Shown piece after piece: positions 1-11,885 of a stretch of 64,000 nucleotides of DNA. Made by a program: the position numbers and the translations under genes. Position 1 is the stretch's first letter. Every line of letters begins with the position of its first letter. The stretch is from Klebsormidium nitens (lineage: Eukaryota; Plantae; Klebsormidiophyceae), in contig DF237109.1 of NCBI GenBank assembly GCA_000708835.1, positions 1 to 64,000 on the forward strand, written 5' to 3'. Below the pieces are notes generated by a model that saw only the letters and a program-made list of their open reading frames with translations, was not told the origin of the DNA and did no database searches.

Positions 1-177
1 CAACTGCTGAAGCTCGAAGTCCATATTACTATTAGGAACGCTCGCCCCCTCTAGTTGGAGCATTGCAAGATTAGGGTTCGCATCAGCATATGCGCGGCGC
101 AGCTATTAACAGCCTACCGTAAACAAAAGCTTGGCCTGGCCAGTGGAGCTCTGAACAGTGAATGAGACAATGCCAGC

Positions 178-3100
178 ATGGGGGAAGGCAATGCGCTGCG
201 CCCTTTCAGGCTTCTCCTCCTCTTCTTCGCTCTCACTTTGGATCGTGCGCTCAATGTTGCAGCGAAGGGCGGCGACGTCAACATGACGGCGCACGTCCCA
301 TACACCACCATTCTCTTCCCTGGTTTTGCATCTTCACGACTGAGGGCCTGGGCGGACTTGGACTGTCCGTTGTCTCCGTTGGACTTCCACCCCCTTGATT
401 ACGTGAGTTCGGATTGAATTTGTTCGCTGCCAAAGAAAGCATTGAGCAGATTGTTTGTGGGGTCACATCATCGTCCAAGTGAGTGAGCTGAGCATTTCGA
501 GGCTGAAGTTGTGGAGTGCAGACACTTGGCACATGGGGCATCCCCCTTCACTGGCTTCAGTACGTACAGATTGAAAGGGTTCTGAGAACCTTCGCAGGAG
601 CCTGAGGCAATTCGAATCAATTGAGCTCTGGAGAAGAACAGGCCGCTGAAACAAGTCGAAGCATGTTCACTCTTACTGTTGGTTCCTTTGCTTATCTTGT
701 CTTTGGCTGGTGACTTAAGGACAATCGCCAGCTGGATGAGATTGCGGTTTATAGCCTCAAACGTACAGTATTTGTTGCACCACCACCCTATTTTTCATCG
801 GAACTATGATAGCTTTGAAAGGCCTCTGATAAAGCATCCTGGACCCTACAGGTTTGGCTGGACGTGAAGAAGGTGAGTCCTGGAGAAAGCGCTCACTCAT
901 GGCTTTTGCAACGTTGTCAGCTGACACTCGGAAGGTCTTTCTGGAGCAAAGGTCAAAAGCTGATGCCGACGCCTTCTCTAGCCCTACCCTGCTGATTTGG
1001 ATGCTCAACGGAAGAGTCAGCTGTCTGAGTCCAGGTCTTGTGAATGCTCAGAAGCACCGCTTATCCTAGGGACTTGAAGACCATGCGTGCATCAACCTGA
1101 CCAGCCCTCACTTACAGATTGTTGACACCATCTGCTGGTATGATGAGTCTGCACTTAAGACCAGCAAGATTGCTCTGCAAAGCTTGGCCTGTGCTTGCCT
1201 TCCTCGTTCATTCCATAGTGATTAAGAAGCTTGAAATCCCTGGGTTGGGGGCCGTGCTGGCTGGTTTGCCCAACTGTGCGGTGGCAAGAAAATCTCTTGC
1301 CTTGATCTTGCAAAAAGCCATGGGCTCTCGACCGCATTCGCTTCTTTCGCTGATAGTGATTGCTTGTGCCTAGCAGATGGCTCAAGTGCATGGTGCCTGT
1401 CCGCCGTTCCTGCCCTTAAGCAAGAAGCTAAACCTTGGGCTCCCCCCTGACTGGTAGCTATGCTTGCCAAATTGGTCCAACCCCAGATCTAGCTCCTGCA
1501 TTCTCAGGTTTTGCCACTCTAACCATCTTAACCACCGGTTATCCCTTGGGTTAGGTGGTTGCAGTCCCTGGCTGTTGGCTCAAGTGCATGATGCTGGATG
1601 CGGATAACCAGACGGACCACCCTGACTGCAAGAGCAGGCCAGATACAGGACTAGGGGCTGTTACTGAGCTGGACCCAGGGTACCTCACAGGTACGGCGTC
1701 GCGGCAGAAGCTCAATCTTGTTGACCATACTTGCCTTCTACCATGTTGCTCTTCATTTGCCCTGGCTTAAGTACGACTTTCAAGCCTCTGCTTAATGGTT
1801 GGGTCCTTCCAATCCTCGCATGACAAGATGGTTAAAAATTTGAAAGGAGATGACGAGGCCGGTCACTCCGAAGTCGTCGAAGCACAAACGAGGTTGCGCT
1901 CTGAAGAAGCTCTTTAGCAGAACACCCTGTCGAAGTGCACAAACGGTCGTCGGAAGCAGAAAGCATCGACTCAAGGGTTTGTGCAGGTCGTCCCTGACTG
2001 TCTATTTCATCGCTCAAAAGTCCCAGTCAAAGAGTTCATCATACAGTGCGCAGAGCACTCGCTCGCAGACAAAGCCCTAGCAAAATCATTGACACGCGTC
2101 AAAGAAACGGGGTTCCGACTTCCGTAAAACATCCTACCTGCAGTAATCTGTCGGTTCCCTTCAACTTCCTTCTTTCACACCATCATTCCGCTGTTCTCTT
2201 CCCTGCTTCTGAACAAACACATTTTCTTCCACAAGCCCATTCGCCTGCTTTCCCACAGGCCCCCAACCACGTGATCACTCCGGTCTTCTCCTCTCGGTTC
2301 TCCTCCCTGTTTTGGAAAAAACGCAGCTTCTTTTCCACAGGCCCGCTTTCGTCCATCTGGCGGGAGATGATCAGCTGGCTCGTCGAGTTTGGGGTGGACC
2401 CAGCAGCGGTTGTTGCGGTTCCGTACGACTTTCGTCTGCCGCCGCGCAAGTTGCAAGAGCGGGACCTCTTCTTCTCGCGCCTCAAGTGAGCTGATTCAGT
2501 CCCTTCGAAGCACGCGAACCTTTTGAATGGCTAGGGACGCTAAGGTCGAAGCCTTGGTGAAAGCTACACCAGAGGATTGACAGGAAGTTGAAGATTGAGA
2601 CGCCCTGCGGGACACACTTGTTGGTAAGCTCGCGCTGTTGAACATTGTTAAGGTATTGGTCTCCCTTACAATGGTCTGCAAAGCCTGTGAGGGAAAAACA
2701 CTCCTGATCTATAGCGTTTTTCGTCCCTCGCTTCTTATGCTTGGTACGTCTGAAGAGTTCCGAGTGAGGCCATTCAAGATGCCTTCTCTTCAGGGTTCCT
2801 CATGACAGATGCTAGAAAAGCTCGCATCACTTCCTCATTCACCTCCTGAGTACTACTGCCGCCCTTCCATTAACCCTTCGAAACGCTTCAAATCTGTTCG
2901 CCCACGAGGTTTCAATCGCCTTCAAGCCTCACCTATTTTTACCCGCAGAAACACGCTCAAGCGGGCCCACCTGAAGCGCGGCCGCGGCGCCATCGTGCCT
3001 GCGCATGATTGGTACTTAGTTTTATCCGTCGTGAGCTTACTTTTGCGACAGCGACTCCAATAGCAGCTGCCCTTCTAAACATTTCCAAGAGAGACCTTGA

Positions 3101-6100
3101 CTCTGAGACCCACAAAACCGTACAGCTTGGGGTCCCAAATTTCCAAACCCTTCTCGACAGGAACACGTTCGAGATGGCCCACCTGCAGCGCCATCGTCAG
3201 TGCTCGTCTTCTGTCTCGTTTTGCAGCTTTCTCTTTAAGCATCGTGAGCTCAGGTGTTCAAGAGGCAACTCCAGCAGCTGCCTTTCGTCCTCTTCCTTCT
3301 TCCTAAAAGAAGAATTCAAAAGAACGAGACTCCGCAAACCCCAAGAGACTCTTGTCTTGTTCTGCTACTATCTCTCTAAGCATCGTAAGCTCACGTATTC
3401 AATAGGCAACTCCAGTAGCTGCACTTCAAACCCTCACTAACGATGCGAGACACTACAAAACCGGAAGGCCCGAAATTCTAAACCCGAAGTCCCTTAACAG
3501 GAACACGTTCGAGATGGCCCACCTGCAGCGCGGCCGTGGCGCGATCGTGCTCGCGCACTCCCTGGGCAACAACGTGTTCCGTTACTTCATCGAGTTCCTT
3601 AAAGGCGAGCTCGCGCCGCGGGATTACCAGGCGTGGCTGGACCGGCACATACACGCATACCACGCGATCGGGGCGCCGTTTCTGGGGGCCGCGGAGTCGA
3701 TGAAGGCGGCGCTGACGGGGCTCACTTTCGGGCTGCCGATCTCGGAGGTGCGTGAGCTGAAAAGGAAAGTCATGTCCGTCGAATTGGTACATCATCGTGG
3801 AATGTTGGAAGTTTGGCTCGGATTGCTTGCGTTTCGTTTTCAGATGGTGTCGTGGCCGCCAAAAGATGCGTGGGTTGGCACCTTCGTATTGCTCTGACTT
3901 GGTGGAATGACGTACTATTGTTCTCAATTCAGTCCCGCAGCTTGCATATCTGAGTACGAACGGAACCTTCGATGTCCACGGATGCTTCATCAAAGTGAGG
4001 AGCCTGACGGGGGATGGAGGAGGATAGCTGAGGGGATGCAGACGTCTGAGGAGTCGTGCAAGGTGGTCGGCCTCATGTTGTGCAATCAACTTGCCCAGGG
4101 CTCTGTTCCACGCTACCAATAGTGATGAACATAGCAGATAGGCACCTCTAAGCCCATTCTCGTATCTGCAGGGCACGACGCGCGTGCTTTACAACTCCTT
4201 GACTCGTCGGTGTAGATTTTCAACACGAATTGTTCTCGTAGAGTCAACTTTTCAAACCCGATTTCGATCAGGAGGGGAAGCAGAAAGCTGATGTCATCCT
4301 CTCCCACGCAACTGGGCACCGCGCCCATGATGTGCAACTCGTTCGGCTCCTGATTCTACCCAACGGAATCTTATTCCCTAGTCTCTCCAATCAGTACTTG
4401 CAGGAGGGCGACTTGTTGACGTCATCCTCTCCCACAAACCAGGGCACCGCGCGCATGATGTGCAGATTGTCCGGCTCGTCCGCAGTTGATAGTCCCTTCT
4501 CGCGCTTTTATCCTGCGTACCCAATGGCGAGTATATATCTGCTCCACAAACAAGATAAGGTCCCCGACTGAAGCCATCTCGTATCGGCAGGGCACGGCGC
4601 GTATGATGAGCAACTCGTTCGGCTCGTCCGCGTGGATGTTCCCCTTCTCGCGCTTCTGCCCGATGCACCCGACGCGCAAGTGCGAGCGGTGGCGGCACAA
4701 GGGCCAGCCCGCGACGCCCACCGCGCCCGTGCTGTGCAAACCGGACGCGGACGCGGACCCGTACGCAGCGTGGCCCACGGACGTCCTGCAATTCGACATG
4801 GGAAAGCCGCAGGGTGAGCGCAGATCGGAAAATTATTTCAAGTGATTTTTGTAGGAGAGAAAATGAAGTGGAGGTGCTGACCTGAAGAGGTAATTTCTCT
4901 CTGTTGTTGTATCGAGGCCTCCGGAATGGCTCCAGTTGTAAATCCTTTTTTCAAAGCTCGAAGACTGGGAAGTTGCCACTAAAGATTCATTATTGCGGCT
5001 TTCAAAATTGTTTTGACTTACTGTGGTGCTTTGGTCCAATGCTTCTGCGCAGCTTGGACTTTATTCAGAGAGTGCATCCGAATGCAGAGCCGTGCATCAC
5101 GAAGAAGTTTGTGAAAAGGTTGTTGGACCGAAAACGAGAACTTGTAGGTTTCGCTTCCGACCGAAAGTGCGGTCTAGGCCTGCGAGCAGGTGGAGATTCG
5201 GCCACGTTCTCGTCCGAAGCTGAAATCTCGTCTCAGATTGGTTTCTTTGCAAAGTCTACCCTCTTCTGAGTAGCGCTGGTTGAGTGTCAAGGTTGAACGA
5301 AGCAAGCCAATCGATTTCAGTGCCACCATCTGAGTAGCGCTGACTGACGGAAAGCATCCTATACGCAAAGTACTCTCGGATGCTGACGAGACGTGAAGCC
5401 ATTACTGTCATCAGAATTGCAATGGTTGAACGAAACCTTTCGAACGAAATTTACTTTAGGAAAGCGATCTGACTTCCTCTTACCTCTATCATTTGATTAG
5501 CGCTGATTGGCAAACCAAGGTTGAAGGGTATACTTCGAATTCTGACTTCCATTTCCTGGCCCTACAGAAGAGGCATACCCAGCAGTCTCTGAGGAGGCGG
5601 CAGCGGCGGCCGGAGTGGTTGGGAATCTCTCCCCCGGGCTCAACTACTCGTACTCCCCTGCGGACATTGCGGACGGGACGGTCTTCCGGGACATTGCGCT
5701 ATTGGATCCGGACGCCGGAAAGATGCTGCACAGGCTCGGCAAGTGAGGCGCTGGCGTTGTTTGACACTCTCGCTAAGGCCCCCTTGGAATCTTTCTGCGT
5801 TTCTGATCAGGCTCTGCTCGTTTCCTCGGGCATCCGTTCCATGTCCTTGGCCGTTCTTCGTTGTTTGTCAGCAACTTTTTTATCTCTTTGTGCGCCCGGG
5901 CCATCTTTCTCCTCGGTTTCTCGCTTTTGCTTCTCTTAACCCGCCGATTCCTCACCTTGTGTGTGTCTGGCTGACTGGCACTGCAGGACACATGATGGTT
6001 TTCTTGTAATGTCGCCTGGCAGAGTCAGGACATTACTAGTGACATTCCGCTTTATTCCAGGTTCTACCCCGATGACCTAGGTCTCAATCCGCTCCTCTGT

Positions 6101-9100
6101 CAAGCTTCCTGCCTCATTGATAGAGAGGTCACATTTGAGGTCGTGACGAACCTTGGGGCAGAAATCCGACCCTAAACAGTTCGGCGTCGCAACATTTCTA
6201 GGGTGGGGCCGACTGATCCCAGGAACCTCGAAACGTTTCTAGGGTCGGTGCGCACAGTATACTACCGAGCTTCCGCGCCTAAAAAAACGGAAAGGTTTAG
6301 GCGTCCGTCAAGCGAACCCAAATGCCAATTGACCGACATGGGTTCCTAGGGTTGATACGCACCCTTCGGGCCGATGCCGATGGCCAATAATCCAAGGATT
6401 CAAATGTGTGACCACCCTGTGAAAGCCAGAGTGTTTGTATTTCTGGCTTCTTTCCTATCGCAACAGAATAAGTGCGCCCTTCTGCTCTCCAGTTACGGCG
6501 TTCCTCACTACCACGTTAACTTGAAGTTCAACCTGCTGTCCCTCTAGAACCGGCCCCCATCAAGTACTCTGGACCACGCAGTATATCTCTCTTGGAACTT
6601 ATACCTTCACCTTGACCTCTTGTCACATGCCGTCTCCTTCCCAGGTACTATCACGATGACCCGATTCTCAATCCGCTGACCCCCTGGGAGCGGCCCCCAA
6701 TCAAGAATGTTTACTGCACCTACGGAGTGGACCTGCGGACAGAAGTGGGCTACAAGTACGAGCCCAGCGGACGTCCGTATCCGGAGAACTGGATCATGAC
6801 CGACGTCATGTACGAGGGGGAAGGGGGCGCGCTGACGTCACGGTAGGGCCCAGCTGCCCCTGCGAGCCCACACCTAACTCGGCAGCAAATGTTTTGCCCG
6901 TCACCACATTCGCTTTTTTGTATTGCACGCTCGAAAAGAGAATCTAAGAAACCAAGGATTGATTCGCCGGTTGTTCTCATTGTCGCCGGTCGGTGGTCTT
7001 TCAGGGACCGTCCGATCGTCGATATATTTCCCTTCAACGGCTCAAAAATCCACAGGCTCAAGCGATCTTGAATGGCAAGGTCGGACACCTGTCTCAAAAA
7101 GCTCTTCGGTCGGTCTCTTCTTCTGTAATGAAGATGCTTGTCGACGGCTTGCTTGGTGTTAAACAGCAAACCCCACGGTGCAGGTCAGGAAGCCCGGTAG
7201 AAGGGCGACCGAGCGCCCGGGGGGGCGACACTACCGTGCCGTACCACTCGCTCTCGTGGTGCAAAGAGTGGCTAGGGCCGACCGTCAACGTCACCCGAGC
7301 CCCTCAGGTAAATCTGTTGATCCCGTCATACTTTGCCACGCGTCCTGCAATAATCGGCCACAGAGCGTCTACTGAGCGAACGCCCACAGGCGAAATATCT
7401 CTAAGCGTTCTGTAGTGATTGCTGCGTTTTCTGACGGGGAAGGCGTGAAGGGTGAACTGCAAAAGGTGGTCAGCAGCTCCTCACGTGTACAGGTGTCGCC
7501 GTGTCAACTTCCAACTGGAGTGCTATGCAAGGGGAAGCTCTTGAAATTGCTTTGAGGCGCTTCCACATCAAAATGGATTCGCATCGTGTTCTGACTTGGC
7601 ATAATCATCTACGTGCTTAAAAGCTAGGCAAAGCGGTTTGAAAGAATCTGCGCAGAGCAACTGAGCGAGACTCTCAGGACGGTGCTCCCGTTTCCTCCCG
7701 AGTTTGATGGGCAGCATTCGCCCCCTGAACGCGCAGACAAACCTCCAGGCAGGGTCGCAGTTCTGAAGCAGCGAGTTTAGTTTTGGAAGAACGGAAAGTC
7801 GAACAACCTCAATAACTCCTCCGTTGCAATTTCGCAAGCGATTAAAATCATGATGATGAGTAGGCGCGCTAATCGATGCAGGGTGCGCACAACGGGAGCG
7901 ATCTGTTCGTTGCTGTGAACGTGCACAAGCGGAGTGACTCCTCGGCGGACGTCGAGATCCGTTTACGGAAGAACGACCAATTCCGCATCGATGACTCTAT
8001 CGTTCATTGTCGCAGACAAGCCTACGACCTCAAGTATCTCAAATTACCATTCCAGAACGTGCAGGGTGCGCAACAACGGAAGCGATTTGTTCGTGGCTGT
8101 GAACGTGCACAAGGGGAACAACTCTTCGGTGGAGCTGAGACCCGTATACGGAAGAAAAACCAACCCCGACGACTCTTTCGGTCACTTCTCGTAGAAAACT
8201 ACAACCTCAAGTATCTACAATAAGCACTCAAAAACTGCAGGGTGCGCACAACGGGAGCGATCTGTTCGTGGCTGTGAACGTGCACAAGCGGAGCGACTCC
8301 TCGGTGGACGTCGAGATTCCCCCGCCCTTCCCCGGAACGCGGTACACCACATTCTTCGAGGACTCGCACAGCATCCCCGGGTGGCGAACCGCTGTCTGGG
8401 AGATGGACCGAGGTGGGCGGGGTTTGATGTACTTGGTTGAATCTTTGAACATTTTCAGGTTTTTGGACATCAGGATCTCCAGTTTTAGGGGTTCTGGAGG
8501 AGTTGGAATGCTTGAATCAGAGTCGTACTGTCGTCTGGAAGTGCAAGTTGGGCGGGGCTCGCTGTGCTTCGCCTATACCTTAAGGAGTCTGAAGGATCTC
8601 GGTCATAGTGGTCTGTCGCGCTAATTTCTCCGGATGGAAAAAAGTTCGAAACCCGTGAGATTTTGAACGAGGTTGTCAGAATCTCCGAGTCCAAAGGCTT
8701 CCAATCGCTCGAGAAGGTACTTTCCATAAGCCGATCTCGGCACCATTGCCGCTCAAAAGCTGCGGAACTCCCAAGCTTTTTAGACGATTAGTAGCGCTTG
8801 GTTGACCTCACGAGGAGAGCTGTCGTTAGCGGATGACGTCAGACCGCTCTCGTCGCGTGCAGTGGACCACCGGAGCATCGTGCGGCACGCGGCGTTCCTG
8901 CGGGAGATGTTTCTGGAGACGATCCACGAGTCGCACCATCAGGCGGAGCATCCCTTTGTGCCCAAAGGTGAACAATCTATCGTTTGCTGTCGCTTTACGA
9001 AGGGGTTATGAGGTCAGCCAGAGTGTCGAGACGGTTTTCTACGGAGGTTCCATTTTACACCACCAGGCGGAGCACCGCTCCAAGCTGAGCAGATTATCTG

Positions 9101-10236
9101 TTGGTTTACAAGCGTTCTTACCACGTCAGCCAGAGTGTCACGAGATGTTCTTGGAAATGATACACGAGTCGAACTATTCAGGCGGAGCGTCCTTCGTGAG
9201 TATCTCACGATCAAGTGTCGTCATAACGTCTGGGTTGTGACGACAGCCATAGGCAATCTGCCAGAGATATCCCCGAAAGGGATACACATTCGCGCAACCA
9301 GCCCAATGCTCCTTTGCGCCAGAAAGCGCGCAAGTCCGGTCAAGCTGTGATTCAGGAGCCGTATCATGGTGCACTGTTGCGCACAATGGACGGAAAACAA
9401 ATGGTCGACTGCTGCCTTCCGGGGAGGGGCTGAAGATAACTTCGAAAAGAGGGCACTAGGCTGCTCCTGATCGATCGCACCGCACTTACCTTACGCTTTT
9501 CCCCGCCACCTGGCAGATACCCGAAGCCCTCTGCGTGACGAGGACTGTTTTTGGGACTACGGGCGCGCGCGCTGCGCGATGCCGGAGAAGTGCGAATACA
9601 GGTGGGCCCGGTTCATTCTGGGGGTGAAAATGCACAAAGCACTGCAACGCTGATGAGAAAGCGAACCTCTCGGGGCAAAACCGCTCGGGGGTATCTAACG
9701 GCCGAATCAACATCCAATTCTGCGGGTGTTGCTCGAGCCCTCCCTGCACAATCTCCTGAGTAGCTTGTGTTCTTCGAAATATGAGCTCTTTTCTTCGAAA
9801 TATGAGCTCTTTGCTCTTTCGTTACTGCAAGTTATTGTTCCGTCCACTTCCTGAAAAGCCTGGCTACTACTTCGAAGGCGCAACAAGGGTTTGTTGTCAG
9901 CGCTTGTTCATCTAGCTGCGTCTGCTTTGTTACGAAGTAGCCTTCGTGTTCTGCTGGCAACGTAGCCTTCAGATTTCCTTCGGACGCTTCACGACGGACG
10001 AGACTTCGCGGAAGGGCGTGGATAACCCTTACCTCTTAAACGTTTCATGATGTCAGCCGTGTTTCGGGAATAGCCCGTTTTAGCTCCTAGCATCGAGGAT
10101 GAGGTTGTTCGGCATTCTGACCCTCATTACTTGCATATTATTTCGCAGGTACGTCTTTGGAGACATCCATCTGGGACAGAGTTGCCGGTTGAAGAACAAC
10201 CTCCCTCCGAAAACGCTGCTGCAGCATTACTTGTAG
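178..10236 (+). CDS. PSAT1: Phospholipid:sterol O-acyltransferase (PSAT1-like, LCAT/PDAT family), 13 exons, ~647 aa
   Basis: Exons 178-402, 852-872, 1555-1690, 2341-2485, 3501-3747, 4591-4813, 5568-5742, 6645-6842, 7184-7307, 8241-8412, 8863-8967, 9517-9601, 10149-10236. All introns are GT-AG and the total of 1944 nt closes in frame. Motifs: hydrophobic N-terminus, ILFPGFASSRLRAW lid motif, catalytic AHSLG, VPYDFRLPP, GDTTVPYHSLSWCK, and a C-terminal CFWDYGRARC...RYVFGDIHLGQSCRL characteristic of plant PSAT1. Confidence 0.93.
2815..3500 (+). repeat. Degenerate tandem copies of the intron 3' end plus start of PSAT1 exon 5
   Basis: ag|AAACACGCTCAAGCGGGCCCACCTGAAGCGCGGCCGCGG (2949) and ag|GAACACGTTCGAGATGGCCCACCTGCAGCGC (3161) copy the true exon start at 3501. 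The intron segment aagcatcgt(g/a)agctca...aggcaactccag(c/t)agctgc occurs near 3237 and again near 3378. Confidence 0.85.
4145..4590 (+). repeat. Three degenerate copies of the acceptor/start of PSAT1 exon 6
   Basis: ctcgtatctgcag|GGCACGACGCG (4172), gggcaccgcgcccatgatgtgcaactcgttcggctc (~4314) and cag|GGCACCGCGCGCATGATGTGCAG...cccttctcgcgc (~4443), versus the true ctcgtatcggcag|GGCACGGCGCGTATGATGAGCAACTCGTTCGGCTC at 4591. Confidence 0.85.
7865..8240 (+). repeat. ~180-bp tandem triplication of the acceptor plus 5' ~80 nt of PSAT1 exon 10
   Basis: tgcag|GGTGCGCACAACGGGAGCGAT... at 7882, 8065 (1-nt insertion) and 8241 (functional). The spacers share tacggaaga..., gacgactct and ctac(g/a)acctcaagtatct. 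Confidence 0.95.
9770..9811. repeat. Perfect 21-bp tandem duplication
   Basis: TTCTTCGAAATATGAGCTCTT x2 in the last PSAT1 intron. Confidence 0.9.
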
Positions 10237-11561
10237 AAGAGATCGTCAAAGATTGACTTGATAACATTTTTTGAGGGCCGCCGGGTCAAACCTACACAGT
10301 GCTGAGGGCCAGATTTCAGTTCTATGTTGGTTTAAGACCATTAGCGGATGGTCGTAAGCAGTTATATTTTCGAAGTCAAAGGTACGAGTATCGATTCCTT
10401 GACATTGAAGCTTGGTGCGAACTTCGATTGAGTAGACTCGAATTAAGCTGGACTATGAGCATTATCATCAAGGCTAGACCCTTGCTGGTCCAATAATGCA
10501 CAAGTTGTAAAGAAAGCGATATGAACTTAGAGTTATCGGATGTGTTTAGTCGATGGCCAGAAAATGCAGATTACGGTTAAGGTTGACTTGGGTGTCCGAA
10601 ATGACTCCGTTTGATCAAGGACGTTGCTTGTGACAATCAATTTCTTTCTTCTAATCATAAGATTCAAGAATGCGATGGCGACTCCCAAGTTTGAGTGCTT
10701 GAAACATCGATGTGATCCTTGGCCTATTCAAAGTCCTGTCGAGATCCTCGATTCTCATGCATCAAGGACATAATTTTTCCGAACCAAGGACGCATTGCTC
10801 GGTAAGCTTCATGGCATAGCTGGAAATATGCAACATCATACGTATATATGAGTCAAGTCGCTCATGCATGATGCGCATGTTCGATCTCAATACTGATACG
10901 AACGATCAGCCCAGCCGCCTATGTTGGGTCACGGCGACGATCTGATGACAATGTGCCATTGATGATTGCGGGGCGGCATATGGTAATGATACAGATGCCA
11001 GCAGTGTGAACACGCCCCATAAACCCTCTTCTGAGTCAATATTGGATTGTATGCTGGCACCTCACAGCAGCACAGCAGTCGACTCATGTCCTGGCGGAAG
11101 TGTAAAGCTTACGATTGTCTACAGTCAATCCTTTAGTAGCCTATCGAGACGGGTTGACCAATGCAAGCACACAAGCAGCAATGAAATATACGGATGCGGA
11201 GATGCAGGCAACTTGATACTTCCAGCTGCTAATACATTGAACCGATCATGGTGGTTCAGATGCCTTTGGTATAGTATGGCATATTGTCGGAAAGTTGCCT
11301 ACATTTCTTAGTCAAGCTGGAAAGCCGTTATACAGGTTAACCGTGTTGCAAGCATGGCAATACAAGGCAGCTCTCACAGGGCGAGAATCAGGTCTCCCTG
11401 GTTGACAAAGTATGCGCGCGGCGACCAATTGACCGATTCCGACATTTCACTTGCACATTTATCAAAGCCCGTGCCTAATGCTTTCGTACAAGAGAACACA
11501 TGTCCCGGCTGTCTTCCGGTTTGACGAAGCAACACTCTTTTCCATCTCGATCAAGCTGGGT

Positions 11562-11885
11562 TCAAGCTTCTCTAACGGTCAGTGTCGCTTGGTGGTCAAG
11601 GAAGTACGTGCGACCGTTATGCTTGCTCAGCTTGTAGTCCATATCTCCTTGAATGAACCACGCCCCATAAAAATTTTCGCTTGTGGTTCCACGTGGGATC
11701 CCAGATTGGGACGCCTCCAGCGTCACTCCTTCTGGCTTGATCACCGGCAGGTTCGTTTTCCCATCAAAGAACGTCACCGACATCAGGCAGCCGGGGTGGC
11801 CGGGCAGACTCGAGACTACCGCCCAGAGGTCCTCGGACAACTTGAGGTCCAGTTTGTCGTCGCAACCGACGCGGAGCGTTGATCC
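11562..11885 (-). CDS. Terminal exon of an orphan hypothetical protein, paralog A (5' exons not resolved)
   Basis: Acceptor gtttttag|GATCA, then an open frame GSTLRVGCDDKLDLKLSEDLWAVVS...FFDGKTNLPVIKPEGVTLE...YKLSKHNGRTYFL...VREA*. It is clearly homologous to the ORF at 14283-14607. Confidence 0.6.
   Translation of the reverse strand, partial: GSTLRVGCDDKLDLKLSEDLWAVVSSLPGHPGCLMSVTFFDGKTNLPVIKPEGVTLEASQSGIPRGTTSENFYGAWFIQGDMDYKLSKHNGRTYFLDHQATLTVREA

Noticed and set aside
10520-10580. MNLELSDVFSRWPENAD resembling the orphan paralogs' DLKLSDDLWAVVS
   Set aside because: The match is very short, on the opposite strand, and followed by a stop; consistent with chance.
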